Assembly (NCBI GenBank): GCA_013239625.1
Contig: MU056050.1
Span: forward strand, 3,520,084-3,584,083
Reading direction: 5' to 3'
DNA: 64,000 bases
Source of the DNA: Lama guanicoe
Taxonomy: Eukaryota
Shown: positions 52,063 to 64,000 of the stretch, one piece after another
Numbering within the stretch: position 1 is the stretch's first letter
How the letters are laid out: each line of letters opens with the position of its first letter
Notes under the pieces: model-generated
Databases searched by the model: none
Told to the model about the DNA's origin: nothing
Seen by the model: only the letters and a program-made list of their open reading frames with translations
Made by a program: the position numbers and the translations under genes

Positions 52063-55000
52063 CAAACCTTTCTTCCAAATGGTAAAGGATGGGAAGCTTC
52101 TTTTTTTTTTAAGTATGCATGGATTACTACTTTTAAGGATAAATCAACAGGAATTTTAAATATATATATAAATCAATAAAATTATAATACATGTTTTATA
52201 TCTAATGCATGGCATTCTTATGAGATTGCTTCTAAGTGTGTATGTGTCCGCGTGCATGTGTGTGTGCGCATGTGTCTGCGTGAGAGAGAGAACAAATATG
52301 TGAATACTATAAGAAAATTTGTTTTCATTAAAAAATTAATCATTGCATTAAGTATTCAAAGTACTGGTCTTCTTGTGACCTCAGGTCAGTAAGTAAGTAA
52401 ATAGATAAATCACTTGTTTGGGAAACCTTAGGGAATTTATTAACCATAATCTACACCAAGTACTTGATAACTATACTGAAAACTGCAACTGATAGACTAT
52501 CGGGAAAAGCAAGCTTCAAGTAAAAATTACATGAATTCTAATTGCTATCTCTAACATAAAATGAAAAAAAATGGTTATGTTAATTAATACTGAAACTTCT
52601 TAGCACTTCCAAGTTTTTAAGGCTGTCATGGAAAATAAAGTTCCACTAAGCCTTCTGTTTTAAGAGGCAACATATCAAAAGAATATTTTGCAGTTTGAAA
52701 ATTTAAAGTAATATTGTACAGAATAAACTTGAACGTTAGACTGTTCTGCTTCAGCAAGAATCTTTGTATTAGAACCATCAGAAAGGCACAATGACTATAC
52801 AGGAAACAACGATCATGCCAGTTTTATTTACACATACAATAGCTTAAGTAAAAGATTGAGACCTTGAGAGTATTCAGACTTCAAATTAGGCCTTTGAAAG
52901 AGATGGTAGTTACATATAATTTGATTTTACTTTTTAACACATCTACCTGTTTGAATATTTGGAATATCACTTAACCACCCTTACAGCATAATTATTCTAC
53001 AAAGCATTCTTTCCTTCAGCTCCATTGCATATTTTGACAAATGACATGCCTGTTCTTAATTCATAATTTGGACCTAGAACTAGTGATAAATACTAATTCA
53101 TGTACTCAAAAAATACTCCTTTTCTACTCTGTGTCTGGCATGGTTCCAGGTACTAGACTCTATTAGTTTTATTACGCAAACGTTGTTTTCCAGAAACACC
53201 TGTTTTTCAAAAACATTCTGGGAGACAATCTGAAAACTTTTAGATAATATTGAGAGCATGGATTCATTTTAGAAATTAACTGAACCCCTTTTCAAATGCA
53301 TCTTGTGACTTCCTTTTATTATCATTGAAAGGTTTCAACATTACTTTGGCATATTTGAAAGCTTTTAACTGCCCTTTAAAAAAACTTTGAAATAATAAAT
53401 TATTAACACATCACACACACATAAAAACTTATGAATTTGGACAAAAATGGTAAAACTAGGACTCTGTTTTTCCAGTTTATTTACTTAAAGGGTCATACTA
53501 TGCCTTATGAAAGTTCATTTTTCCCCACGGTGCAGATATTAAGAGCAAGGTGGAGGGGGGGCAGTGAGCAAGTTAACAAATGCTAGGTAATCATGGAGCA
53601 GAATGTAAAGCTGTGGATCGCCTTTTAATTTAAAAAAAAAAAAAAGCCTTTTCTTCTTAGACTGTACTCTTTTTTGGCAGCCCTGGAGTACCCTATGCTC
53701 CAAATCGGAAGTCTTCGGACTAAGAAGATGCACCAAGATACCTCAGCCAAAAGATAATAACGGAGCAGACATTTGCAATGTTTTCCCCAAACAGGTTAAA
53801 AGAGTAGCGATTGAGTCTACAGTGTAGTGTAGCCTGGTTTATCAGTTTAGTAATAGAACACAATCTAAAATTCAAGAAAGCTGTCTGTGACCCTTACCAC
53901 AAATGCGATCAATTAAATGCTAATCTAACAGTACCTATTAGGATCCACTGGGGTGTTTCGTTTTCTTTTGATTTCTAAAACCGAGTGGCTACTAATTTCC
54001 CTTCTATGGCACTGGGAACTTCTTTTTGTAATTCTTCGGGCCACTTCAAATACACCTCCAGATTAACATTGCAGGGAAAAAACGGGAAAGTTCTGGGCGT
54101 CTCCAGACCAACTGCTTCATTTTTGAAGACCTACCCGTATTAGCATATCGCCAGCAGCAGTGGTGCAGATCTGCTAAATCCGAAGCTGAGGACGGCAAGC
54201 ACGAGCTGCAAACCAGCCCCCGCCCCCGCCCCTACTCCCCCGGTGGCGAAATAGATGTCGAGACGACATCTACTAGTGGAGTGAGATCGTCTGCCTCCGC
54301 AATTGTAAACAACCGGCTGCACTGGGCTTGCTGAAATGTTTAAATACACTCCCGACTGCAAACACATCCACTCACCAAGTAGCTCTAAACAGTCTCCCCT
54401 CTCGACCTCTAGGAAAACCATCCTAAAACTGAACTGGCAATCCGCCCGTTGAGGAGCGAAAGAAAGTAAGGGTACATTTCCCCAGGCATGCCTAGAGGGT
54501 ACTTGGCACCCCGCAGATGAGCTGGCCGCTGCTAGATTGCCGGTACCATGTTTCAGGATGAAAGGCGAAAACACACAAACCCGCGCGGCTGAGCGCGTGG
54601 TTAAAGCCAACATCGACGGCTCCCAGAGCACCAACTGCTGCGTAATGACTTATCACTTGACAAAAATTGGGGTGTACGGAGGACGTATCGGGTGGAGCCC
54701 CAAACGTCGTAGGTTAGAAGGAGGTCCTGGAGTTCCCCCCGGAACCTGGGCTCCCCGAGTGAGGCTCAAAAAGAAATTCAAAAGCAAACAGGTACTAAAG
54801 TGCGTCCTAGCCCCTGGGCATCATCTCTCAGACAGACGGCAGGAGCGGGACCCGAGTGGCCGAGCCCCTGGCAGACGTTCCAGGTGGGAAGGATGCTGGA
54901 AGAGAGGCGCCCCCTTGTCTCTTTTCGGACAGAGACCCCCCTCCCCAGCGTCCAGGTCCACTTGTTAGAGCGCCGGGGCTCTGCGCGAGAGCCGAGGCGA

Positions 55001-55367
55001 GGGCCCCCCTTTCAGAACCGAAGGAGTTGGTTGGCAAAAGTGTCGCCTGAGAAGCCTATTGAGCCCTTGAAGGGCAGCGCCCCCAGGGCCCGCTGAAAGC
55101 TTCAACTGCGAACAAGGCCGACCTCCCATCTCCCCTCGGTGGTCCAGAGCCCCGGGCCCGGCGGAGACCGAGAGAAAAAGGGGCGGAGGTCCTGTCACAT
55201 CGGACAGGACTCCCAGAGAGGATGCAGCCCGCTGCTCACTGCTAGGAGCCGCCATTCACCGCCTGCAGCCTCGGGGCGAAGTTCGCCCGGAGTCCTTCGG
55301 GTGGGAGGTGGGGGTGGGGGCCGCGAGCCAGAGGAAGGGAGGTGGGGGCCGGGAGCAACGCACCTAC

Positions 55368-55930
55368 CTAGTCCAGGCGCAAGTTTCGGTGGCGTCCCTA
55401 GGTGCTGTCCCCCGCCCCCTCGCCAGGTGCTCAGCCCCGCCGGGCGCTGCCAGTGCCCGGGACCTCAGGCGTCTCAGCCGGTTCTTGCGGGAAATGACTG
55501 TAAATCCACATTACTGTTCGAGCTGCCGCTCGGGCCCCGGCATCGCTCTCCTCCGGCTGGCGGCGGCGGTGCTCTCAGCCGGCAGCCGCCGGGGTCAGGG
55601 ACCGAACCTGGCTACTACCGCGCCAGCGGACGATCAGCTGCCAGGAAGGTGCTTGCGCCCAGGGTCGTACGTGTGTGCGAGAGTGTGTATACGCGTGTGT
55701 GTCCGTGAAAGAGAGAGTGTGCGTGTGTGTGCGAGCAGAAGGGGTGAGCTCAGCCCCCGGGGCACTCGGAGGTGAACTCCGGACTAAGCCGGAGCCCGCC
55801 GCGCTCCCGGGTGCGGGGCGTCTGCACGGCTGATGGCTGCGCTGATGTTGCCGTGGCCGCCGCCGCCGCGCTCTAAGGCTGGTCGCGGTGGTGCAAAAAA
55901 TGTTTCTCCGCTACTCGAGACCAAAAAACC
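55368..55930 (-). other. Putative non-coding first exon (5'UTR) of an unidentified minus-strand gene; 5' end approximate
   Basis: Core of the CpG island; donor GGACTAG|gtaggt at 55368/55367; (GGC)n and CA-rich leader; only short uORFs. Confidence 0.55.
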
Positions 55931-56378
55931 TGCCCTGTCTACTGAGCATGCCCGGTTTGACAGCTCCACAGCCAAGTGTTTTTTTTTTTTTTTTCTTCCC
56001 TTTTCCCCAAGACTCCAGGTTTTAGCCGCAGCTGAGACGGGGGAGGGGGGGAGGAAAAGAGGAGGAGGAGGGCTGAGGGAGCAGGTAGCGGGCAAAGGAA
56101 GGGAAGTCAAGATGAGAAAGACCAGGGTGTTAGAGGGTGGAAGAGAGGAAAGGAGAAAGCTGGGGGTGGGAACAGACGAAGGAAATATGGATCAACAAAA
56201 TTTAGATTTCGTACCACAATAAGTTTCTGGCCAGGGGACACTCAGGACCAGCTTCTATTTTTTTTCTCCAAGGGATAGGTGGGGTGGGGGCTTCGCAGGA
56301 GTGTTTGTCAACGAAAGATCAACCTGGGACCGTGTTTTATAGTCACGACATACCAAACGCGCGCGCTGCTGCACACTT

Positions 56379-56380
<2 letters not shown>

Positions 56381-56417
<37 letters not shown>
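56381..56417. repeat. (CA)18 microsatellite
   Basis: Perfect dinucleotide run, preceded by cgcgcgcgc at 56358-56366. Confidence 0.97.
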
Positions 56418-56420
<3 letters not shown>

Positions 56421-57630
56421 AGCGATCACTACTGCGATGTGTAAAGCCTCAGGACTGACTTAGAAAATGCGAAGTCTCTCTCTTGCCAGTATAACTTTGG
56501 CACAAAAAAAAAAAAGCAAAGAAAAAGAAAAGAGAGAGAAATTGTGTTCCTCCTTTTCCCCTCTCCCCCGCCTTCCAGAAAAGCCAAGCCCCTGAGTGTG
56601 GTGCGTAAGAGAAGCGCAAGCTTTCTAGCGTCCGTCCGCGTGAGAGCACCGCCGACTGCCTCCCGCTGACAGTGTGACCCCAGCGCGCCAAGGCCGGCCA
56701 CACGCAGCCTCCCGGCGGCGCGTCAGGTCAACGCGGACAATCTCCCCCTGGAGAGGGGCCCAGCGCTCCAGCATCTGCCCCGCCTGGCTGCCCAGATCCC
56801 TGGGCTGCCTAGTCGGCTCCGCCCCTCACCCAGCCAGGCACGAGGGCACGTACCCGGGCGAACTCAGCGCGCTGCCCCAAGCCCTGGATCCCTCCCTTCC
56901 CACCCTCTTCAGCTTCCTCGAAAAAGCGGAAAAGCGGATTCTACATGCCCAGAAACTCGCTTCGGGAGCATAAGGAGTCCTACTGGGCATGCTCAGGATT
57001 TAGGGCGCCTCGCGTGGAGGAACTCTCCAGCCGTCAACATCTGCACGGCTGGGCCAGATGTGAGTCTGAAGTGGGAGACATTGGCCCCCGATTGGAGTTT
57101 GGCTCCTGTTCGAGAAGGGCGGCGGCGACTCCCACAGTCGCCTTCTCCTTCCCGGCTTCCCAGCGAGAGCTAGACCGTGGGAGATACCAAGTGCCGAGCC
57201 AGGGGAGCTGCTCCAACTAGAGAAACAGGAGTCTAACGTACTCCGAGACCCCTTTCCCCCCAGCGCCACCCACTACGTAGGCAGGTAGGGGGCGCGCAAA
57301 GCAGCAAAGAGAGCCCCGTGTATGTTTGCAGGGACTGCTAATCTCTAGGTAAAGAAAAGAGAGCGCGAAGAGTTGAATCTTCTTTACGAAAAAGACGTTA
57401 CTGATGGTTTTTTTTTGAGTGAAGAAAGAAGGGCGTGTGTGAATGTGTATGTGTGCGAATGTGTATGTGTGCACACACGTTTTGTAATTTTTCTCCGCTA
57501 GAGCAGGGACAGGAAAGCAAGAAGCTATTGCCGAGTTGAGAGCCCGCTAGGGGTTGCAATAAGGCACATTTGGAGCCTTGGCTGGCGCTAATCACCGAGA
57601 AGAGTGGCTCTCGGCGCGGTGGGCGCTCAC

Positions 57631-57720
57631 CAAAGCTTCCAGCTGTTCTTCTCCTTGGGTGGTGGCAGCTGCACTAGGACGGCTTCCGGGCTGGATGATC
57701 TCTGCGCTCCTGAGCAGGGG
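57631..57720 (-). other. Candidate alternative upstream first exon
   Basis: Donor TTG|gtgagc at 57631/57630 inside the island; ETS-like CCGGAAGC at ~57682-57689. Confidence 0.3.
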
Positions 57721-60700
57721 GACCGGATTCGGTTTCCTAAAAGGGAGATAGTATAGGGTGACGCCAGGGGTGTATCTCAGAACCTGTGTTCCCATCTTCC
57801 TGGGTTTTGATACAGGTGTTAGCAAAGAGGGAGCACCGTAAGCCCGGCACGCCAACGAGGGGAAGAAATTTAGCGTGCTCAACACTCTCAGGATAAGAAT
57901 CAGGGAACCAAGAGCACGTTTATTTCCACCGTCCCTTTTCAAACACTGCCTTCAGCTTCGGGCAGGAATCGTTTGGATCCCTGCCACTCACCATCACCCC
58001 TCCCACCCCTACCCCATCGCTCTGCCAACAAAGAAACAAAAGATGACAACCCGAATCTGTAGGGGGATAGCAACTGCTTCCAGAACCATCTTTCTGTTGG
58101 GCGGTTGAAAAAGCAACGCGGGAGGGCTGGCTATAAAACCTATGTCTTGTCACCAATATGTAAACAAACCTTCTTAAAACCCACTACCCTCCTCCGAAAC
58201 AAAACAATAACATATATATGTACACACACACACACACACACACATGCATATAAAGAAACAAAAACATATGTATTTAAGGTATTTAGGAGATATCTCCTAA
58301 ATAAAAGAAAGATTTATCATTAAGAACTACCTGCACCCTGAACTGTGGAGGGAAATACTTTCAGGATACCTCCCCAATTCCCATCTAAGAGTTCCGGAAG
58401 GAGGAAAAGAAACATCTGGCCAGTCCCTTCTCCAGTGAGTCAAAACACTCTGAGTCTAAGGAAATTCTATAACCAACAATTCAAGAAAGAGCTTCTCATT
58501 AATGAAAAGAGAACTTGGCAGAATGGGACTTGGACAAATCATAACAGCCATGGAAATGGAATATACAATTTAAAACCATGATCATCCTCTCTCTCACACT
58601 GGTCTCTGTTACTCTTTTCCAAGTCACAGGGAGGAAGGGACAGTTGATACCCAGGGATTTCATGAAAGAAACTCAGCTTGTTTCTCTCCTGACAATTCGG
58701 CAGTCTGTTTAATCATTTTTTAAAAACTCTCTTCTCTACCACCTCCTCCTTAGGTTTTCTCTCACATTCTTCCCTCTCATTTCCCTTACCCATCTTCCAC
58801 AGCTCCCTAGAGTCCTTAATTCATTTGGTCTGCACCTGTCTCTCTTTAGTTCCTTCAAAAACACTATTTCCCTTTCTAATTCCAAAGTACAGAGGGCTCT
58901 GTCACTTTTCTTCCTTTATGAAGAACTAATTTATGGCTTCTGGAGGTCCATAGCCTGATACTGTAGGTGGATATCCTAAAGCATTTTTTTTTCAACCTTA
59001 GAGATTCCCTAGACACATTTAAGCAATAAGAAATTGCAGAATTTTCAAGTCATTTTGCTCATGGGACCCAGAATTTCTATTTCAAGTATGGATACCAGGA
59101 AAAAGGCACACTAAATTGTCAGTTTCAGAATGGCCAATGTAAAGGAAAATATAACCAATTGTAATGGAGCATGCAACCTGTATAAGACAGTTACCCAGTT
59201 GCCTAGATTATATTACTCAAATAATTTACTAGGAATTTTAAAAGAGATATGCCTTTTCATTACCAAAGACCGCACACAGGCACACATACACCCTTATACA
59301 TTTATTCCCAGAACTAATGTAATTACATAAGTTCAATTCAGCAAATGATTATGGAGCATCTACTATGTTCCAGGAACTGTGCCAACACTGAGAATAGGTA
59401 AAGAAATTGAGACTTAAGATGTTCAAAGATTTGTGAACAATTCACTAATCAACAAGCATATAATGAAGGCTGTTACCATGTACCTAGAACAATTCAGTCC
59501 CAGAGAACAGTATTTAGATGTTCTGGCCTTGATTGTTTTTTAAAGTATTTGTTTAATCCATAGGTTGGATTTTCTGCAAGGAATGCACAATGGAAAACAT
59601 CACTTATTTCAATCTTATTTCTAAGTACCCTCATAAGTAAGAGTGTAAGTACAATAATATTTGAAAACTAAAGCCAATAACAATTACATAAAGAAAATCA
59701 ATGTAAACCATCTGAAATGAAGGAGTTGTGTTTGGTTGCTTGTCTAATGGGAAGATGATTTCCACGGTACATCTTCAATACATACTTGTTGTGGTGAACC
59801 ATTATTTCCTATTGCAACTGATAACAATGTCATCCAGAGATCAACTACCAGAGATTATGAATGGTGCTGACACCTCAACTTTTGGCTACAAAGACTGGAA
59901 GCAGGAAAGGTAGCTTAATGATTTTCTACCCAGTTTCCATAAAAGGAGTTGTAAAATTGCAGTCACCAGTTTACTTCTAGGGAGTGGTCGGCTGTGGGCC
60001 ACTCTAGGGAAAGCAGCCACATTGGAGGAAGCTCACTTGAGCCTGGAGGTGAACACATTTTTTGCATTCATCTATTCAGAACAGATAGATATTATTTTTC
60101 ACACACCCAAGTAAGGCCCAGGAGAATAACCAACAAGCCAATTAAAATCTTCTCTTTACCTACCCCTATTTAGTATCCAAATGGATTCTCTGGACCCACT
60201 TCTCTGACCAGAGTTCTAAGCAGAAGCAAAATACTTCTTTTTTTTTTTTTCAAACTTTGGGCTTTAGCAAGTTACTTTGTTTTCCATATAGCAAGCCCTG
60301 CTCATGGAAGTGTACATTCACACAGAGTATCTCATTGGAAGGGCTCCATCAATGCTGCTGTACCTTCCTCTCAAAATAAAATGTATCCCTAATACAGATT
60401 AATCATAACCTTCAGAAACCAAGGCTTCTCAGTAGGGTGCAGTGGCAATTCATTTGTACTATTGCTATAAGGGATTCAAATAATTGCCTAAATTTAAAAT
60501 TATAGACAGTTAAAAGAATAACACCTTGGTCTTTAATTTATATGAAATTCACTTATATTTGATATGCATACACATAAAAATATGGCAATAACAATAATTT
60601 GTACCCTCATAAAGATGACACAGTGCCTTCCCTTGCAGATCTGAAAGCTGGCTTTATGCTAGTGTTTGTCTTTTTATTGGAAATACTTTTAAGAATATTA

Positions 60701-61194
60701 CTTTTTGGCACTTTTTAACTATCACAGTTGTTGGAGAGAAATATTGATTTCAAAATGTACCATGATTTCTGTTTGAGGGATGAAATTACACTCCAGAAAA
60801 AGAATTTGAAGAGTATAGAACAATTAGGATTGTTCTGTTGGCATTTGTGCACTTGAACTTCTAACTTTTCACCTCATCGTCATAACCTTTTAAGTGAATT
60901 ATTATCATGATTGACTTATAGTTAACTATTAATTTGTACTGAAATAACTAAAGCATTTAGTGCTTCTAAAACACATGCTTAATAATGGCCATAAGACTTT
61001 TATAGCCACATACATTAACAATTGCTATTAGATGCTAACAATTATTAGGATAGTCTATCATAAACAGATTTTAAATGCATTTTATATGAAAATTGGGAAC
61101 TAGGATGTTATCATTTCCATGCTACACAATAAACATGAATAATTTCTTCTCAGATTAAAGAAACAGGCTCCCCCATAGGTATCTTAATTCTCTC

Positions 61195-61780
61195 ATTCAT
61201 ACTTTTATTAGACAAGGATTTATAGAATACCTCCTATGTGCCTACTCAGTGCTAAGTACTGGGAAGACAGTGGTAAAGAAAACATACCTGTTCTTGCCTT
61301 TGTGGAGATTAGAGTCCACTGGCAGGAGACGGACATAACCAATCCCACAACAAGATACATAGTTCAAACTGATGAGTGCTGTGAAAGAAAAGAACACAGT
61401 ATTGGCAAGAGAACAGAGGAGACTCAATTTAGATTGGGGTTGAAGTGGTTAGGTAGGCTTCCATGGGGCAGTGGCTACTAATCTGAGGCCTGTAAAATGA
61501 GTAGTAGTAGTTAGCATCACAGCTACAGAGAAAGGAATCTGTGGTATTTGACGTGAGAAGTAACACTCAATGTCAAGGAACACAAAGCGTGCCTGTGCAT
61601 CTGGAGTGTAGTGAGCGTAAGTAGTGTATGGGCAGAGATGTGTGTGTGGCGGGGAGATGGCAGAGAGTGATGAGAAAGGAGAGGCAGAAAGGAGCCAAAT
61701 CATACAAGGGTTTAGTGGCCTTAATAAGGACTTTGGATTTTGCCCTAAGGAAAATGGGAGGATGTGCTATGATCTGATTT
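61195..61780 (-). mobile_element. L2 3' fragment
   Basis: 'aatacctcctatgtgcc...gtgctaagtactgggaagacag...aggactttggattttgccctaagg'. Confidence 0.8.
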
Positions 61781-61879
61781 TCAGTTCAATGGCTCTTCCC
61801 TTGCGTCAATCAAATTCTGATGCTTGCCAGATAATAAACTTTTTTCTATCCTTATTCTTCCTGACTTCTCTCTGGTCCA

Positions 61880-62312
61880 GAGACTCCTAGGGGTTCCTTA
61901 GAGACTTTTAGGGTGCCTGTGTAGTCAAAATTATTTTCACAATAGTACCAACATATTATTTGCCTTTGACTTACATTCTCTTACAAATGTACATCAATTA
62001 ATTGAATGCAAAAACAAATATGAGAATTTATCTATGTTGTATGAAGCCAGGTATTAAAGATAACAATACAACTCTTGTCAGTAATTGTTTGGTAAAATAT
62101 AGTACTTTTTCATGAAAATCTTATTAATGTTAACATGTATTGAGTTTATTATTATTATTTTAAGTGCATCAGTACATAAACATTTAATTTCTGTTTGCTT
62201 TAGCTTCTGATACGTAAATATCAATAGAGATAACTCACAAAGACAACAGCACTTTGGGGTCTTCAAAACATTTTAAAGAGTATAAAGGGGTCCAGAGACC
62301 AATGCCAACCAT
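61880..62312. mobile_element. Internally deleted Charlie1-like hAT element
   Basis: 'gtcaaaattattttcacaatagtacc...ctttggggtcttcaaaacattttaaagagtataaaggggtccagagacc'. Confidence 0.75.
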
Positions 62313-63349
62313 TGATCATTTTTTCTGAAAACTGTGTGTGGTTTCCCTGCCATCAGTGTCTTTTTCTATTCCTAAAGGCTCAGTCCTTAGATTCACAGTA
62401 AGAAATTGATTTTTAAATTGCAATCCAGAATGATTACTTACAACTACTCTATGATGCATTTTGAAATTATCTATTCTATTCCAACCAAATCAATTGCTTT
62501 CTTAACCCAGTAACTCACACTTTGAAAAAGTGTGAATGATCTCACTTCATTTCCAGGTTTCAGTAATTCTAGTTTGATGCTTTTGAGACCCTATTTCCTG
62601 TTCCAACATGCTTCCTAGGTGCCACCTCTAACAGCTGGCTGGACATTTCCTCCTTAATATTTCACAGTTACCTCAAACTCAACTTAGTTTAAAACTGAAC
62701 TGACCCCTAAAATATTTTTAAATAGGAAAAATGGGAGATTAGAAAAGCATGTAATCTCAGGTGTATATGAATTAACTAAAACTAAAATATTTACAAATAG
62801 ATGCATGGAGAAAGGACTAGGAAAAATAGATCATAATATTAATAGTGATTCATGAGATCATTAGTGATTTTAACTTTCTTTTTTATATGTTTCTATATTT
62901 TATTTTCTGTAATAAATATGTACTAATTCATAATCAGAAAGCTATTATTAAGAAATAAAAACAGAACTAATCTTCCTTACACTTCCTACACATCTTCATG
63001 CCTTTCATTTTAAAGGTATGATTCTATTTATCTCAAGATCTGCTTTAAACATATTTTTTCAGTAATAATCATTTTAATAATGCAGACTCTTCCAGAACCA
63101 ATTTATTTTATCACCAAAGGAATTCCAATTTCAGGATAGGTATAGGTAGGTGTCACATACCACCACAAAGTAGGTCCATCAAATTTCTAGGATATCTGAT
63201 GCATTGGTTGAAGGGTACTGCAGATCTCTCTCTCTGTCTTGAAATTGTGTAAAGTACAGTTTATACCACAGGCCATCAAATGGACACTTGGTTACAATGG
63301 GACCGTCTATCCTGTTGTTCAAATACTATTGTGAATAAAGCTTAAAAAT

Positions 63350-63660
63350 TCTATAGTTTCAAACACTCCTGCATCTGCCCGAGATGCCCCTCCTTCTCCA
63401 TCTCTAGCTGTGCACTCATATTTATCAGACTTATATCCATTACTGTCTTTTCCAAGAAGCACTCCCCAAACTTCCATCCTGAAATGCCCTCTCTTCTGAA
63501 CTGCTAAAGCACTTTACTTCTCTTGGCCCTTATCTCATTCTGCTTTGTATTACAGTTTTTTTATTTAGAAGTTTATTTCTCCTATTGTACTTATGTCTTC
63601 GAGGGCAAGGACATATCTTTCTATATATCTTAGTTACACATAGTAGGTCCTTGAGAAGTA
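63350..63660 (+). mobile_element. L2 3' fragment
   Basis: 'cttcgagggcaaggacatatctttctatatatctt...cacatagtagg'. Confidence 0.6.
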
Positions 63661-63927
63661 ACTGGGGACAAATTTTGAATTTAACAATTTTATTTCTAAA
63701 ACAAAGGATTAAAATAATGGGAATTAAGAGAAGTATATAATATGTTCTATTTGATCAAGGTAAGTTCAAATGATCAAGTTTCCTACTTCAAATAGGAAAT
63801 TTTCTTCAATATCTGATGCCTTGATTTAATATCGTCCTTAGTCCACGCCATGCGAATGACTAAGAGGTAATATTGTATTTGGAAGAGATTCTTTCTATGT
63901 ATCTAATAAATTAGGCTTTTGGATATG

Positions 63928-64000
63928 GTGTCAATTATCTACTGCTGCATAACAAATTACCTCAAAACTTCATAGCTTAAAACAACATTTACCATTTCTC
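63928..64000 (-). mobile_element. MaLR (MLT1) LTR end, cut by the window edge
   Basis: 'tgtcaattatctactgctgcataacaaattacctcaaaacttcatagcttaaaacaacattta'. Confidence 0.8.

Larger units (their letters stand above)
54170..58130. promoter_or_regulatory. CpG island / promoter region
   Basis: Abrupt switch to GC-rich, CpG-dense sequence with GC boxes (ccccgcccc), ETS-like CCGGAAG and (GCC)n runs, in an otherwise CpG-depleted window. Confidence 0.93.

Noticed and set aside
54140..58156. Many overlapping 60-190 aa ORFs
   Set aside because: Expected from stop-codon scarcity in a GC-rich island; low complexity, no recognisable domains, many non-ATG starts
1..64000. CRISPR array, operon, defence system or other multi-gene novel system; naming the host gene
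   Set aside because: The DNA is eukaryotic intron and promoter sequence with no repeat-spacer array or gene cluster; no recognisable host coding exon, so no gene symbol can be supported

Overview
This is mammalian genomic DNA, not prokaryotic. It is AT-rich and dense in repeats. The L1 3'UTRs, a MER41-type solo LTR and the absence of recognisable Alu, BovB, Bov-A, PRE or Can-SINE suggest a cetartiodactyl, probably a camelid (inference). A ~4 kb CpG island at ~54.2-58.1 kb looks like the promoter and non-coding first exon(s) of a minus-strand gene that I cannot name. Positions ~1-55,367 would then be intronic, with several candidate non-coding exons. No host protein-coding exon was recognised. 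The only long real ORF is the intact C-terminal ~560 aa of ORF2p in a young 5'-truncated L1 (27206-~28890). I found no new multi-gene system. The notable signals are retrotransposition and duplication fossils: an L1 with a 16-bp TSD, a probable 3' transduction and a possible junction-created splice acceptor; a chimeric L1/L1M insertion; a twin-primed L1 with a nested ~80-bp retrocopy; a ~37-bp L1 micro-insertion; and two local duplications, one starting with a hairpin. The putative exon 1 also has two uORFs overlapping at a TAATG stop-start. Repeat family names come from recalled consensus sequences, old-repeat boundaries are approximate, and exon calls rest on splice motifs only.
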